Shown: one piece after another, positions 13,507 through 25,144 of the stretch
Position numbering within the stretch: position 1 is the stretch's first letter
How the letters are laid out: each line of letters starts with the position of its first letter
Source: Octopus vulgaris
Taxonomy: Eukaryota
Reading direction: 5' to 3'
DNA: 64,000 nucleotides
Assembly (NCBI GenBank): GCA_951406725.2
Contig: OX597815.1
Location: forward strand, 202,988,001 to 203,052,000
Translations under genes and position numbers: made by a program
The notes under the pieces: generated by a model
What the model saw: the letters and a program-made list of their open reading frames with translations, nothing else
Database searches by the model: none
What the model was told of the DNA's origin: nothing

Positions 13507-13713
13507 CGGGAAGCTTTATGAAAATAGACAAAAGACGAAGGCAGGTGGAAAACAAACAAACAATTGTATTAGTATGGCGCTCAGGAAATATAAATAAAAC
13601 AAGTCTTTAACGTTTCGAGCCTACGCTCTTCAACAGAAAGATACACAGAGAGAAAAAACACAGAAAGAAGGAGAGAAAAAAATGCGTGCAGTAACTAACG
13701 AACCAACATGGCG
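13507..13713 (-). mobile_element. Family HH-B copy, inverted relative to 12403-12598
   Basis: Reverse complement shares TACTAATACA, TGTTTGTTTT, CACCTG.CTTCGTCTTTTGT and the hammerhead block. Confidence 0.7.
13604..13641 (-). ncRNA. Minimal hammerhead-like motif with CUGUUGA (A6U) core
   Basis: Minus strand TCTTT-CTGTTGA-A-GAGC-GTAG-GCTC-GAAA-CGTT-AAAGA. Perfect helices I and II, ACGT palindrome, GUU triplet. Confidence 0.7.
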
Positions 13714-13802
13714 ATCTGATTTCGGCCAGAAGTCAAAGATCAAACATGAGACGCGAGAGCGAAATTAGGGGAGATAATAGGGTTGAGTGACCAGCTCCAA
13801 CA

Positions 13803-14190
13803 TAAGGGTGTGTGTGTGTGTGTGTGTGTATGAGAGAGTATTAGTGCGTATGAGAGGTCTGGACGTGTGTATGTATAGGGTTGGTGTATGTATTAGAATG
13901 TATTAGTATGTATAAGGGTGTGTGTGTGTGTGTGTATGAGAGAGTATTAGTGCGTATGAGAGGTCTGGACGTGTGTATGTATAGGGTTGGTGTATGTATT
14001 AGTATGTATTAGTATGTATTAGTATGTATTAGTACGTATTAGTATGTATAATGGTGTGTGTGTGTGTGTGTGTGTATGAGAGAGTATTAGTGCGTATGAG
14101 AGGTCTGGACGTGTGTATGTATAGGGTTGGTGTATGTATTAGTATGTATTAGTATGTATTAGTATGTATTAGTTGGTGTATGTATTAGTA
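13803..14190. repeat. Three-copy compound tandem repeat, unit about 110-140 bp
   Basis: Three copies of (GT)n-ATGAGAGAGTATTAGTGCGTATGAGAGGTCTGGACGTGTGTATGTATAGGGTTGGTG-(TATGTATTAG)n. Confidence 0.9.
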
Positions 14191-14396
14191 TGGCACATCG
14201 TATATGATGTGATGTGTAAAGTCGTGTGGTGTAGTGTGGAGAGAGGAGAAGAGGGAGAGAAGAGGGGGGAGAGAGGAGGGGAGGGGGAGGGTTAAAGGGG
14301 GAGAGAGAGGAGGGGAGAAGGAAGGGGGGAGGATGGGAGGAGGAAGGAGGAAAGAGGGAGGACACATACACACATAGATAGATAGACAGATGTATA

Positions 14397-14399
14397 GAT

Positions 14400-14482
<83 letters not shown>
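14397..14482. repeat. (GATA)n microsatellite; also 55093-55340 and 63560-63773
   Basis: Direct reading. Confidence 0.95.
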
Positions 14483-17400
14483 TGATTCTGTCATTTTTCG
14501 CGTCAAAAAGAGCCGTCACTTTTTGTGGGATGCTTATGATACAATACAAATGCATTAGCATCTACTATATTCTGTCCTTTTTCCATTCTATTCGTTGGCG
14601 TTGAATACAAATAAAAGAAAACGTGATACATGCCAGTCGACAATTCACATATACCAATAGAGATGCAATTTAATATTCATTGTAATAGGCAAGAATGTTC
14701 TCCATTGCTCTCAGAATAATTTAACAGGTATATGAACGGCAATTTTCATTTACTCATTTACATTTCATTTTAATGCTAGAATTCATTTGATTTATATTTG
14801 CATATCAATTACGGACACCACTGGGCTTTTTTTCCCATTCTTTCAGAGTGTTTCTGTATGGTGATGATAAACTATAATGCACATACAATTGAAGCCAAAG
14901 CTGTGGAATTTTAAGTTCCCAAATGCGAATGCAGCTACTGACAACGTTCAACGCTCAAAATTCTCAGTATGTTCTTCGTGTTGTATACCAGATTTTATCA
15001 ACGTTTTATGCTTCAGAACTAAACGCATTTCTATTGTTGGACAAACATATCATTGTAGTGAATTCAAAACACAAAGTGATTTCCTAATGATGTGGGCGTA
15101 AATAACCGTGGAGATACTTGCGTGTTTAGGAGAAGTCTCCTGGTGTTACTTTACACTTCCATACAATGTCATGGCGCATGATAATTAGTACGTTTCTATC
15201 ATAATAGCTGCATAACTCAGTATTGAAGATTTAGAATCAACATTTTGGACATCAAACTAGTGTACGTGGAGCCTAAATTGCCAATTTGTGATTTTCCGTG
15301 GTTTCATCTCTTTCATGTGGTAAATCTTCAGTCAACGTATCCGTTTATTAGACAATGTAGTTCTTGTCAAGTATGGCAAGATTACTTTACAGTAGCTACT
15401 TAAAGAACTATACGTAATTATAATGGATATGAGATTAACTGCTGTTAGATCTTTTTATGTCTGCAATCCATCAATGAAACCGACTACTTCTAAACTTGGA
15501 TAAGAGTAGACACTTTGTATCAGTCCCACAAACATAAGATTATGAGATAATTTGAACGTTATTGCTAACATTTCTTTTTAAACCTTGAAGATCTACTCTC
15601 AAAAGTCTGCAGGCTTTGTATTATCTATATGGGGGGGGGGATTTTCTTTGAGTCTCAAATATTCAGATATACTAATGAGATGTGCGAGGAATATATTGGT
15701 TTTCTTTTGCACTGTCTTTTGTTTTTTTAGAAGTAGCCAAAATCGTGAGATTGTTTTGAGTTTTATTAGATTATGATATATGAATAAAGAAGCAGAGGGT
15801 AGATTAGAAATAGTTTCCATTAATCTTATACAATCTTATGTATTTTTGCTAGATATGCAAAAACGAAAATGCCTCGTATATATCAACGACTTCTTTGTCC
15901 TTTGTTATCACAAATTAGTAACGCTAAACAACAGGCTGAAAAATATTCATTACGCAGTGTCTCTACAGACTATACAAATATGATATAAATTTGATGGGTT
16001 AGAAATGAATAGATATAAATTTGCAGCAGTACCTACTAAAATTATGTTTATCAGGGAGACAAGTTTGGCAATAATATTTCCGAGACGGTCATTGCTATAG
16101 CGTTATCAAGCTAGTCCTTACTCACATTAAATGGAGGAGTTTTAGACATACTCTGTAAGATTATTGGGTGAATGTCAGTATTTGTGCTATCAACATTCGA
16201 CGACCGAATGTGAACGTACAAAACACAAAAGTCTAGCCACCCTAATTTGAGTTCTTTGTAGTAAAATACCAGTTTCCTTCTGCTTGAAGAAATTAGTTTC
16301 TTTTTAGTGTCCTTCTTGTATGTTATTTAGTTCTGGTACTTGATTCTTTACCTTCACATCCATCTCTTTCAAAGTTAGTAGATGTAATGTGAGGAAGATA
16401 TAATTATTGGTAACATCATGACGTCGGTGCAAGTAACAAGTACTAAATTGCCCTTAGACTACATATACTGCTTAGGTTAATATTTGTATCTTTATTTCAC
16501 CTTAGGCTACATCGAATGTAGCTCCGAAATTGTTTATTCTGTTATATATTTCAAAGAGACTATTGATGCTCATACGCCTTTATGACATCGTATGACAGCG
16601 AGTCTTGCGAGTTTAATTTTGAAAGTGAAACTTTTGTGCCAAAACAGACGAGTTATCGTTTTGCGATAGCGTAGACGATATATAACACTTCCACTATTTC
16701 AGAGCCGTACGTTAATGTGAGTAGAATATGTGCCACATAGAAATGAAACAAGTTTTATCATTATGGAGAAAGTCTGAGTGAGTCGCAAGTTATGTAAGTC
16801 AAAAAATAGGAAACCCATCATCTATATTTTGAGCATTTTAGGGCTTAGTTTAAATCTTTTAGTGTTGTACGCGAAACCTATGTATATAAAATTGTTTGCT
16901 TTATGTATACAGCGTGTGTTTTTTTTGTTTTTGTTTGTGAAATTTTATAGGTTTCACAACTCTATTTTGGTATATTTTTGGCATTTGATATGATGCTGCC
17001 AAGAATAACATGAGTTTTTCTTAATAACATTATACTCAGCAAATTATTGTTATTGGATGGGGTAAATCAAGTATCTGGTCTATATATTTCTCTAGAAACT
17101 GCATAGGAAGAGATAGAGAGGCATTTACTGCGGCAAATGAGAGTCAAAATGATAAGTTGTCAGCCAATTGTTATCAATTGTATAATATTTCAATTATTGA
17201 AAGAATATATCTTACAGCCATATCAATAGATATAAAGTGTTATTCAAGTTTGAAAGTTTCAAGTCACCAACCATAAATGACTGAAACGGAATTTTCTTCA
17301 CGTATATAAATCAATTTTTTTTAATTCCTGCTGCTCAGGTCCCAAAATTTTCATTTTATACTGGGCAACCAGCAGTTTGACTGTTGAATGAATTCGATGA

Positions 17401-19350
17401 CTGGCAGTGTATTTCAATTTATATTGACTCACGCAGAAGCAATAAATAAGTGGGAAAATGCTATTTGTTGACGTGGACTGGGAATAAATGGTGTGGTGTC
17501 CAATACGTCGATTCTAAAACTCTCATACATAGTCTTTTCTTATACAACTCTTTGAACAAAGAAAACTCGTTATGATGCAACTTGACCCTACATAGATTGT
17601 GGAGAGGTGTGTTATGACCCATTATAAGATATCTCCCAGACACTCACAACACTACATTTCTATATCTACACCCATCACACTATCTCAATCTCATGTGTAT
17701 GAGACAAATTGTTCACTAATAACTGCTGGGGAATTATACAAAAAATACTAGTGTAAGACTGCTTGGCCTTTATGGGTGTATGTACATATCTATTTCAGTG
17801 GAGGGAGATGACCGTTGTATAACGGTGCTACATTAATGCTGTATTAACACATTCTCTTCAAATACAATAGTCTCGGTAATTTTGTCGACATGACCAGTAT
17901 GACACTATTGGCACTGGCTATTTTTACGATACACGTCTTCCGACTAAATAATTTTTAACATCATTCTGAGAGTATTTATACTATTCTGATATTTTAACCC
18001 GAGTGAACACTACGAAGAGGTGATTTACGTAAAGGGAAGTAGAGGAATTAGAAGCTTAATTGCAAACTGGTTAGAATATTACTACCAGCTTCTGAGAGTT
18101 AGTAGTAATATTCATTCTTGCATGTGAGCAAAAATACACATACGCACACATGCAAACGTATACACATACACTCACAACATACACACGCACACACACGTAC
18201 AAGCACACGCTTGTACACTCACGCACGCGCACTCAACATACACATATGTACAATAAGATAGCGAAAGAGAGTTAGGGAGAGTGGCTGTATATGTGTATAT
18301 GTTACAAAATTGATCATCTTTATTTGTCTCTCAGTGAATGCATGTCTTCAAGGCAATGTTCTTTGACAGTGGCAAGACATTAAAAAAAGCATGAAATAAT
18401 CTCTTCTGTGCTCTACATGCATACATTTGAAAGTTCGATCCTTGTTTGACGTCATTTGGCATCATTTGCGTTCTTTATACCCTTGAGAAACATATGTACG
18501 TGACACCTTGTTTTCTTTTTTATCTGTGATGCTAAGCTTCAGCAAAACATTCATTTTGGATTCCGCTAGCAAAATTCTAATTTGCACTGTTGAGTCTGCA
18601 GGGCATTGTCTTTTCATTTGTTCAATGTTGCATATTGATTTGATTTATCCTGTACATTTAGATCGCTGTGTCAAACTGAAGCATACGCTTTACGATTTTC
18701 TGCTATCCTTAGATGACTAAAGGAAGTACAGTTACGATGTTATTAACTTAGCTAGAAAACATTTTCACTATCGAAATTATTTGCTTTCCTTCTATTGTTA
18801 TGATTGTGTTTCTTTCTTTTATTGTTTCAATTATTATCAAATTTCTGATCGGAAACATTGTTTCAGATCATTCGCAATGTAGGGAAATTCCTCATACATT
18901 TCTTCTATATAAATATAGAAACAAAAAATAACTAGTTGAAAAACCAAACACTTTAAAAATAATCTGAAATATATATATTATAATATCGTTTCACATAAGA
19001 TATATATTCTCTGAATCTATTTATCTCCCTTTCCATCCATTCTGCATAATATACATTCCGTTATTATTAAATCAGCTTTCATCCATTAGAATTCTTAAAC
19101 ATCATTTCCTCTTCTTTTAACTCGTAATTTTTCTCTCCTTTCCTCTCACACACTTATAATCTTTATACCTATTTATACCTATTTTCTCCGACAAATGCCA
19201 AATTTTTTTCTTATACTCTTAATCAAATGAAAATAACTGAAGTATATTATATGATAAATTTCGTATCAGTTTTATCTCACAACAAACTAATGTTAGCAGG
19301 GACATAGGGAACATATTGGTGCACTACCACGATGGATCTAGTATCATATA

Positions 19351-19768
19351 CGAGGGGCGTATGAAAGGTCTTGAGCCTCAAATAAGCAAAACATGATAGA
19401 AGATTTCTGATGATTTATTTTTCAACATAGTCACCCCCGATGGCTGAACACTTTCTCCAGCAGTGCTGAAGCGCCATTATCCCGGCGTAGAGGAACTCTT
19501 TTATTTGAGACTCCAAGAAACTTCCTACAGCGTCTATGATATCATTTTCACTGGCAAAATGGCGACCAGCCAGGGCTTTTTTCATTTTTGGGAATAGATG
19601 AAAGTCAGAGGGGGCTGGTGTGGCGAATAAGGCAGATGAGGAACAAGTTCGGATCTACAATCACGAATTGTTGCCATGGCAACCACTGAGGTGTGGGCTG
19701 GAGCATTGTCGTGATGAAAAAGGACTCCTCTGGTGAGCATGCCCGGCCTTTTTTCTTTGATTGCTTCT
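19351..19768 (-). mobile_element. Mariner fragment: 3' TIR plus transposase C-terminus, truncated at a SINE
   Basis: TA|CGAGGGG terminus; the minus strand encodes GVLFHHDNAPAH and a degenerate PYSP..P.DF motif. Confidence 0.8.
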
Positions 19769-19894
19769 CAGTACTTAATTTATCGACCCCGAAATGATGA
19801 AAGGTAAAGTCGACCTCGGTGGAATTTGAACACAGATGAAATACCGCTAAGCATTTCACCCGGTGTGCTAACGTTTCTGCCAGCTCGCCGCCTT
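19769..19894 (-). mobile_element. tRNA-derived SINE family A, partial copy
   Basis: Reverse complement AAGGCGGCGAGCTGGCAGAAACGTTAGCAC...GTTCAAATTCCACCGAGGTCGACTTTACCTTTCATC, matching 35057, 54219 and 59723. Confidence 0.85.
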
Positions 19895-20261
19895 GAAAAA
19901 GAGTTAAAAGAATTTCTATTAGTTCTTCTCTCTAAATTAGGCGTTAAGATGGAATTTTTATTGTTACAATTATTATTAAAGCTATGTGATAACCTGTCTT
20001 ATCAGAGTCGATATTACTTGAAGAATCGAAACCAAATGCAGAAAGATTTACATTAGAGTTAACTTCACAATACACATTATCTTTTCTACACTTGTTTATC
20101 GATTTTAATTTGAAATATTCCCTAAATCTCTGGGGGGTGGGGTTAAACACTCCGAATTTTTCAAACTTCTGCCTAAGGATATTTGGATTTAGCTGTCTTG
20201 CATGAGGATTTACCTGTGGTCAGTATTTCATTTATATCTATTGGTGTCTAATTGTCTAACA

Positions 20262-20269
20262 TAATAATA

Positions 20270-20364
<95 letters not shown>

Positions 20365-20476
20365 AAGAAGAAGAAGAAGAAGAAGAAGAAGAAGAAGAAG
20401 AAGAAGAAGAAGAAGAAGAAGAAGAAGAAAAAGAACGACAATAACAACGACAACAACAACAATAATAATAATAATA
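20262..20476. repeat. Compound (AAT)n(AAG)n(AAC)n microsatellite; a similar (AAT)n(AAG)n lies at 36215-36326
   Basis: Direct reading. Confidence 0.95.
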
Positions 20477-20477
20477 G

Positions 20478-20627
20478 CATCGAAAAATACTTTAGGAATG
20501 AGAACCCAGGTTTGAAATTTCCTTAAGACACCTGATGAAGGCTGGAGGGTATATCAGCCGAAATGTTGTGTTAACAACAAAGAAGATGAGGACAAATACC
20601 CGTCAAATGTAAATAATGTAAATAATA
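20478..20627 (+). mobile_element. Family HH-A copy 2 (PLE pseudo-LTR-like)
   Basis: Homologous to 1239-1400. Confidence 0.8.
20527..20572 (+). ncRNA. Minimal type I hammerhead ribozyme motif with canonical core
   Basis: GACAC-CTGATGA-A-GGCTG-GAGGGTATAT-CAGCC-GAAA-TGTT-GTGTT. Helix I GACAC/GTGTT, perfect 5-bp helix II, loopless helix III, GUU triplet. Confidence 0.8.
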
Positions 20628-20829
20628 TAATTAGACTGTGATCATTCCAAAAAATTATATATATATAAAAGGAAACCTACTTCATTGAAAAATATAAGCC
20701 AAATGCTAGAATTACCTCTAGAATTACCTCATTGAAAAAATATAAAGCAAAACTTAACCTCTTCTAACGTTCTATTCTATCGAAACCAAATCATGTTCAA
20801 TTAATAGAACCTAATCATTCCCAACATAT

Positions 20830-20985
20830 TTTTATCATCTCCCTTATACCGAAGACATCCCTGATTACCTCCCCCTTTCTGGAACTATCCTACTTCACAC
20901 CATAGCGAAGAGATGACCCGATATTTGTAAAGAAATTTGAGGAATTTGAAGAGAAAATACGATACCGGTTATTTCTTCAAAAACA
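20830..20985 (+). pseudogene. Possible degenerate Penelope-like ORF N-terminal fragment
   Basis: Reads LELSYFTP*RRDDPIFVKKFEEFEEKIRYRLF, resembling the L..GL.F.PTP...D.EEF.RK.R..F pattern upstream of the PLE reverse transcriptase; by-eye match only. Confidence 0.35.
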
Positions 20986-21133
20986 ATGTTACTATACACA
21001 AAATTTTATAACATTTTTCTTACATGACGATTTAAGTATATTCTTTAACCATATAACACAAGGCTTCTGCAGTTTTTTTCACTCTATTTTTTTATACATC
21101 CAACCACATCCTTTCGCTTACCAACTCTCTCAC

Positions 21134-21205
<72 letters not shown>

Positions 21206-21779
21206 AGACAGATAGATAGATAGATAGATAGATCTATGTGTGTGCACGTCTGTGTGCGTGTGTGTGTGCACGTCTGTGTGCGTGCGTGTGTGCACGTCTG
21301 TGAGCGTGTGTGCGTGCACGTCTGTGTGCGTGTGAGTGTGCGGTGTGTTTGTGTGTGTCGTCTGTCTGTGTGTGTGTATGTGTGTGTGTCGTGTGTCTGT
21401 GTGTGTGTGTTTGTGTGTGGCTGTGTGTGTCTCTGTCAGTACATAATAGCTGAGGGAATAAATTAAAATCCAGGCGATGACTTCAACAGAAATTCTTGCA
21501 GGAACCTGACTAACAAAGTGTTCGAATAACTGAAGGATGATTACCTATACGTCTGTTTTAAAATGCTATAAAAGAAGTGTTTCGGCAATCCAATTGTGTA
21601 AATCAAATAGGCATGTTCTATTCCTTACAGAGCAGGTAATAATTTTTCCTCTATTAAAATAATCATATATATGTGTCTTATGAGTGTATGTATGTGTACG
21701 CGCACATGTGCGTTTGTGTGTGTGTTTTTTTTATAAATAGCATTTTTAACTCCACTTGACTTTAATTTTCTCACACTGG

Positions 21780-22140
21780 TAGTACACGCCCAACCTTTTT
21801 GCCGTTCGGAAAAGTGTAGATCAATCGAAAGAAATCCGAGAAGGCTTCTATGTGTTTAGGCTTCTCATCTTGAATATTGCTCTTCACTATGGTTACCCAA
21901 ACAAAATAAAATATTATGAGTTGAAGCCCCATAGTGAACAATCGCAACATAGAGACTGATGGCACTATAAGCTTTGACTATCGAGATCGCCTCAAAGAGC
22001 TTAAACGTAACTCCCTTTAATACCGTACTGAGAATTCCGTTATTTGTACCAAATGGAAAACTTTCCATCAATACTGTTCAAATGATGCCGGTCTCAATTT
22101 CACAAGTTACTCAAGGCTTGACCATAGAGCTATACGGCTC
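21780..22140 (+). pseudogene. Highly degenerate CR1/L2-like LINE ORF2 C-terminal remnant
   Basis: FDYRDRLKELKRNSL*YR resembles the Y..RL..L.L.SL..RR motif; the rest is eroded. Confidence 0.35.
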
Positions 22141-23090
22141 CCACAAAAATTGAGTTCTTATCACACACAATTTGTTCATCTCAATCGATCCTACCTTCTT
22201 CAGCATTTTTCTGAAAGAAATCAAAAAAAGAAATATATTCCATAAAATACTGCCGGAAAATGCCAGACAAACCACCTCGATTCAGCTTAATAAGCAACAG
22301 CTCCCCTCTCTACTTGAATGAGCTATAATGTTCTAAAACATGACTTCAAAAACTACAGTTGCTAAGGTATTAAGTAAAACAAGGTTTGGGTCAATAATAG
22401 TCGAAATCTATCTACGTTTTTCCGAAAGGTATTATTAAAACTAACTAAATTCTCTCTAGAAAAGAGAAATTCCATCTTCCTACATTTCTGCTTAGTGTTA
22501 CCGCCTTTAATCGACATGTTAAACTAGACTCGGATACAAGCACTGTGAATGGTCACTCAACTATCTTTTATACAGAGTTGCCTCAAGTTCTACGCGTCGG
22601 ATAACAAATATTGATTCAGACAGTGCATTGATTTACTAGGGAAGAAAATATTCCAAAGCTACATTAAAAGGAGAAATATTAGGTAAACGAATGACATAAT
22701 GAACTAGGGATATGGGTATTAGACTAAGCACCGGCTTTCAAATATTGACTAATAAACTAGGCAGAGAGCAACGTTTACAAGAAGCGTAAACTTTAGGAAC
22801 AATTCTACAGAAGCATTGCATTAACACATAAAACAAAACTCAATGCCAGACTGAAAAGATGTCGAGCTGTCGAGATAATTTACAGATGTAACATTCTAAA
22901 TTAGATACTAATGAATTAACAAGACTAGACAGGAAGAAAGAAAAAAGAACGAGTGCATTACGATGCAACGCTACGAAATCGATTATATTCTCAGTAACAG
23001 ATTCCTCGCAAGAAATCAGTTCAGTGTTCCAAAATTTCTAATCTGAATCTAATGGAGCAACGAAAGTAGAAATGCGGATGTCATATAGAT

Positions 23091-23811
23091 CAGTGCTACT
23101 CAAAGTGGTGGTCTGCGGACCGGTGCTGGTCTGCGAACCATCAGCTGCCTGTACGCGGGCAGTTTCCAGAAAGGAAAGAAACTTTATAAAAATGCTTATA
23201 AAATGCTTATGTAACAATTCTTATAAAATGTTTACTCTCTCTTTACTTTTTTACTTGTTTCAGTCATTGACTGCGGCCATGCTGGAGCCTTTAATCAAGC
23301 AAATCGACCCCGGGACTTATTCTTTTGTAAGCCCAGTACTTATTTTATCGGTCTCTTTTGCCGAACCGCTAAGTAACGGGGACATAAACACACCAGCATC
23401 GGTTGTCAAGCAATGCTAGGGGGACAAATACAGACGCACAAACACACACACGCATATATATATACATATATACGACGGGCTTCTTTCAGTTTCCGTTTAC
23501 AAAATCCACTCACAAGGCTTTGGTCGGCCGAGGCTATAGTAGAAGACACTTGCCCAAAGTGCCACGCAGTGGGACTGAACCCGGAACCATGTGGTTGGTA
23601 AACAAGCTACTTACCACACAGCCACTCCTGCGCCTATGTATTATTTGTTTATAAAATAAATATAAGATGAAAATAATTGTCACCTTTTATTATATATTCA
23701 TTATAGATATTGTTTCCGGTATAAATTAATATTAGTATGAATTATTACCTGTCCCTGGTACATTGGCAAAAATCTGCCGGTACGCCAAATCAGACAGTTT
23801 GAGAAGCACTG
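23091..23811. mobile_element. hAT-type (Charlie-like) MITE hosting a SINE insertion
   Basis: 17-bp TIRs CAGTGCTACTCAAAGTG / CAGTTTGAGAAGCACTG (2 mismatches); 8-bp flanks ATATAGAT / ACATAGAA (6/8 match) fit a decayed hAT TSD. Confidence 0.75.
23231..23636 (-). mobile_element. SINE family B, full-length, nested in the MITE
   Basis: Near-identical to 5558-5966; head AGGCGCAGGAGTGGCTGTGTGG. Confidence 0.9.
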
Positions 23812-23891
23812 ACATAGAACACGTTGTGTAAAGCCATGCGAAAGCATGCTTCCATATCGCTATTGTATTCGAAATGGGAACCCAGTAAATA

Positions 23892-25144
23892 TTAGGTCAT
23901 CCCATAAGTTCTGTCCGAATTTTGAATAAAGAAAAGTGATCAAATGTTATATTTAATTGAAATTTAATAATCAATGTACTTTCCCTGATTATCGATGACT
24001 TCCTTCCATTTATGTACAAGCTTTTTGATTATATCAATGTAAAACTCTTTTGGTTTCAAAGCGAATAACTCTGAATTGTAAGTTTCAACCTCCTCCTGAT
24101 TTGCGAAAGTTATGTCCCCCAAATAATTCTGTAAACTACCAAACAAATGGTAGCCTGAAGGAGCAAGGTCGGGAGAATAAGGTGGACGAGAAAGTTTTCC
24201 CAACCAAGCTCTTAGATCTTCTGTGATTTGATCTTTGCATTGTGGGGTCGCGCATTATCCTGATGAAGCGTCACTCCTTTTCGAGTCACTAAAGCGGGTC
24301 TTTTTTCCTTCAAAGCTTTGTTCAAACGCTCTAATTGCTGACAGTAGACTTGAGCAGTGATTGTTGCATTAGGTGGCAACAATTCAAAGTGAGTTACTTT
24401 GCAATCCCGCCAGATAGAGAGAAGAACATTTTTTCCATGAAGTTCCCTTCTCGGTTGTGGTTGAGCTTTTTCCCTTTTACCAAGCCACTGTTTACGACGT
24501 TTAACATTTCGATAGAAGATCCATTTTTCGTCACCAGTCACAAATTTATCCAAAAAGGGTGAAATGAGTTCGCGATAAGGGAGAAAAGAGCAGATGTCAA
24601 CTCGGGATTTGCGGTTGCATTCGGACAATTCATGAGGCACCAATTTTCCAAGTTTAGGAACCTTTTCAAATTGTTGAAGATGACGATGATCAGTTGTATG
24701 GTTTGAACTAAGCTTTATTGCCAATTCTTCAACTGATAATGCAGGATTTTCTTCAAGTAATGCCTCAAGGAGCTCATCATGAAATTAAACAGGAAGTCCT
24801 GTTCAATCTTCGTCTTCAAGGCTGAAATCTCTACTTCTGACTTTTACAAAGCATCTTCTGCATGTTCCTTCATTCAAGCATTCATTCCCATAAACTGAGT
24901 GTATGGTTTGAGTCGCTTCGGCTGCAGAGTTTCCTTTTTTGTACTCATCAAGCATTATGTGCCTTAATGTTCTTTGGATACTTCCATGTTAGAAAGGGTT
25001 TTAATCAAGGAAATGTTAATTCTATTATTCTATAAAATAACATTTAATTTGTTTAAATGTATGCAAATACATAAAAATAATTTCTAATTGCATTAGACAT
25101 TCCAAAATACTATTAAGTCGAACAGAACTTATGGGATGACCTGA
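23892..25144 (-). mobile_element. Full-length (1253 bp) mariner DNA transposon, inactive
   Basis: TIRs TTAGGTCATCCCATAAGTTCTGTCCGA / TCGAACAGAACTTATGGGATGACCTGA with a TA TSD on both sides. Confidence 0.95.
23964..24987 (-). pseudogene. Mariner (DD34D) transposase pseudogene
   Basis: Starts MEVSKEH; motifs LVPHEL, TGDEKW, HQDNARPH and YSPDLAPSGY (third catalytic D changed to G); stops and frameshifts. Confidence 0.92.

Noticed and set aside
14580-17300. Ancient RTE-like LINE remnant on the minus strand
   Set aside because: Only faint hints (e.g. AAFAFGNL); too eroded to support by eye. A translated HMM search would be needed.
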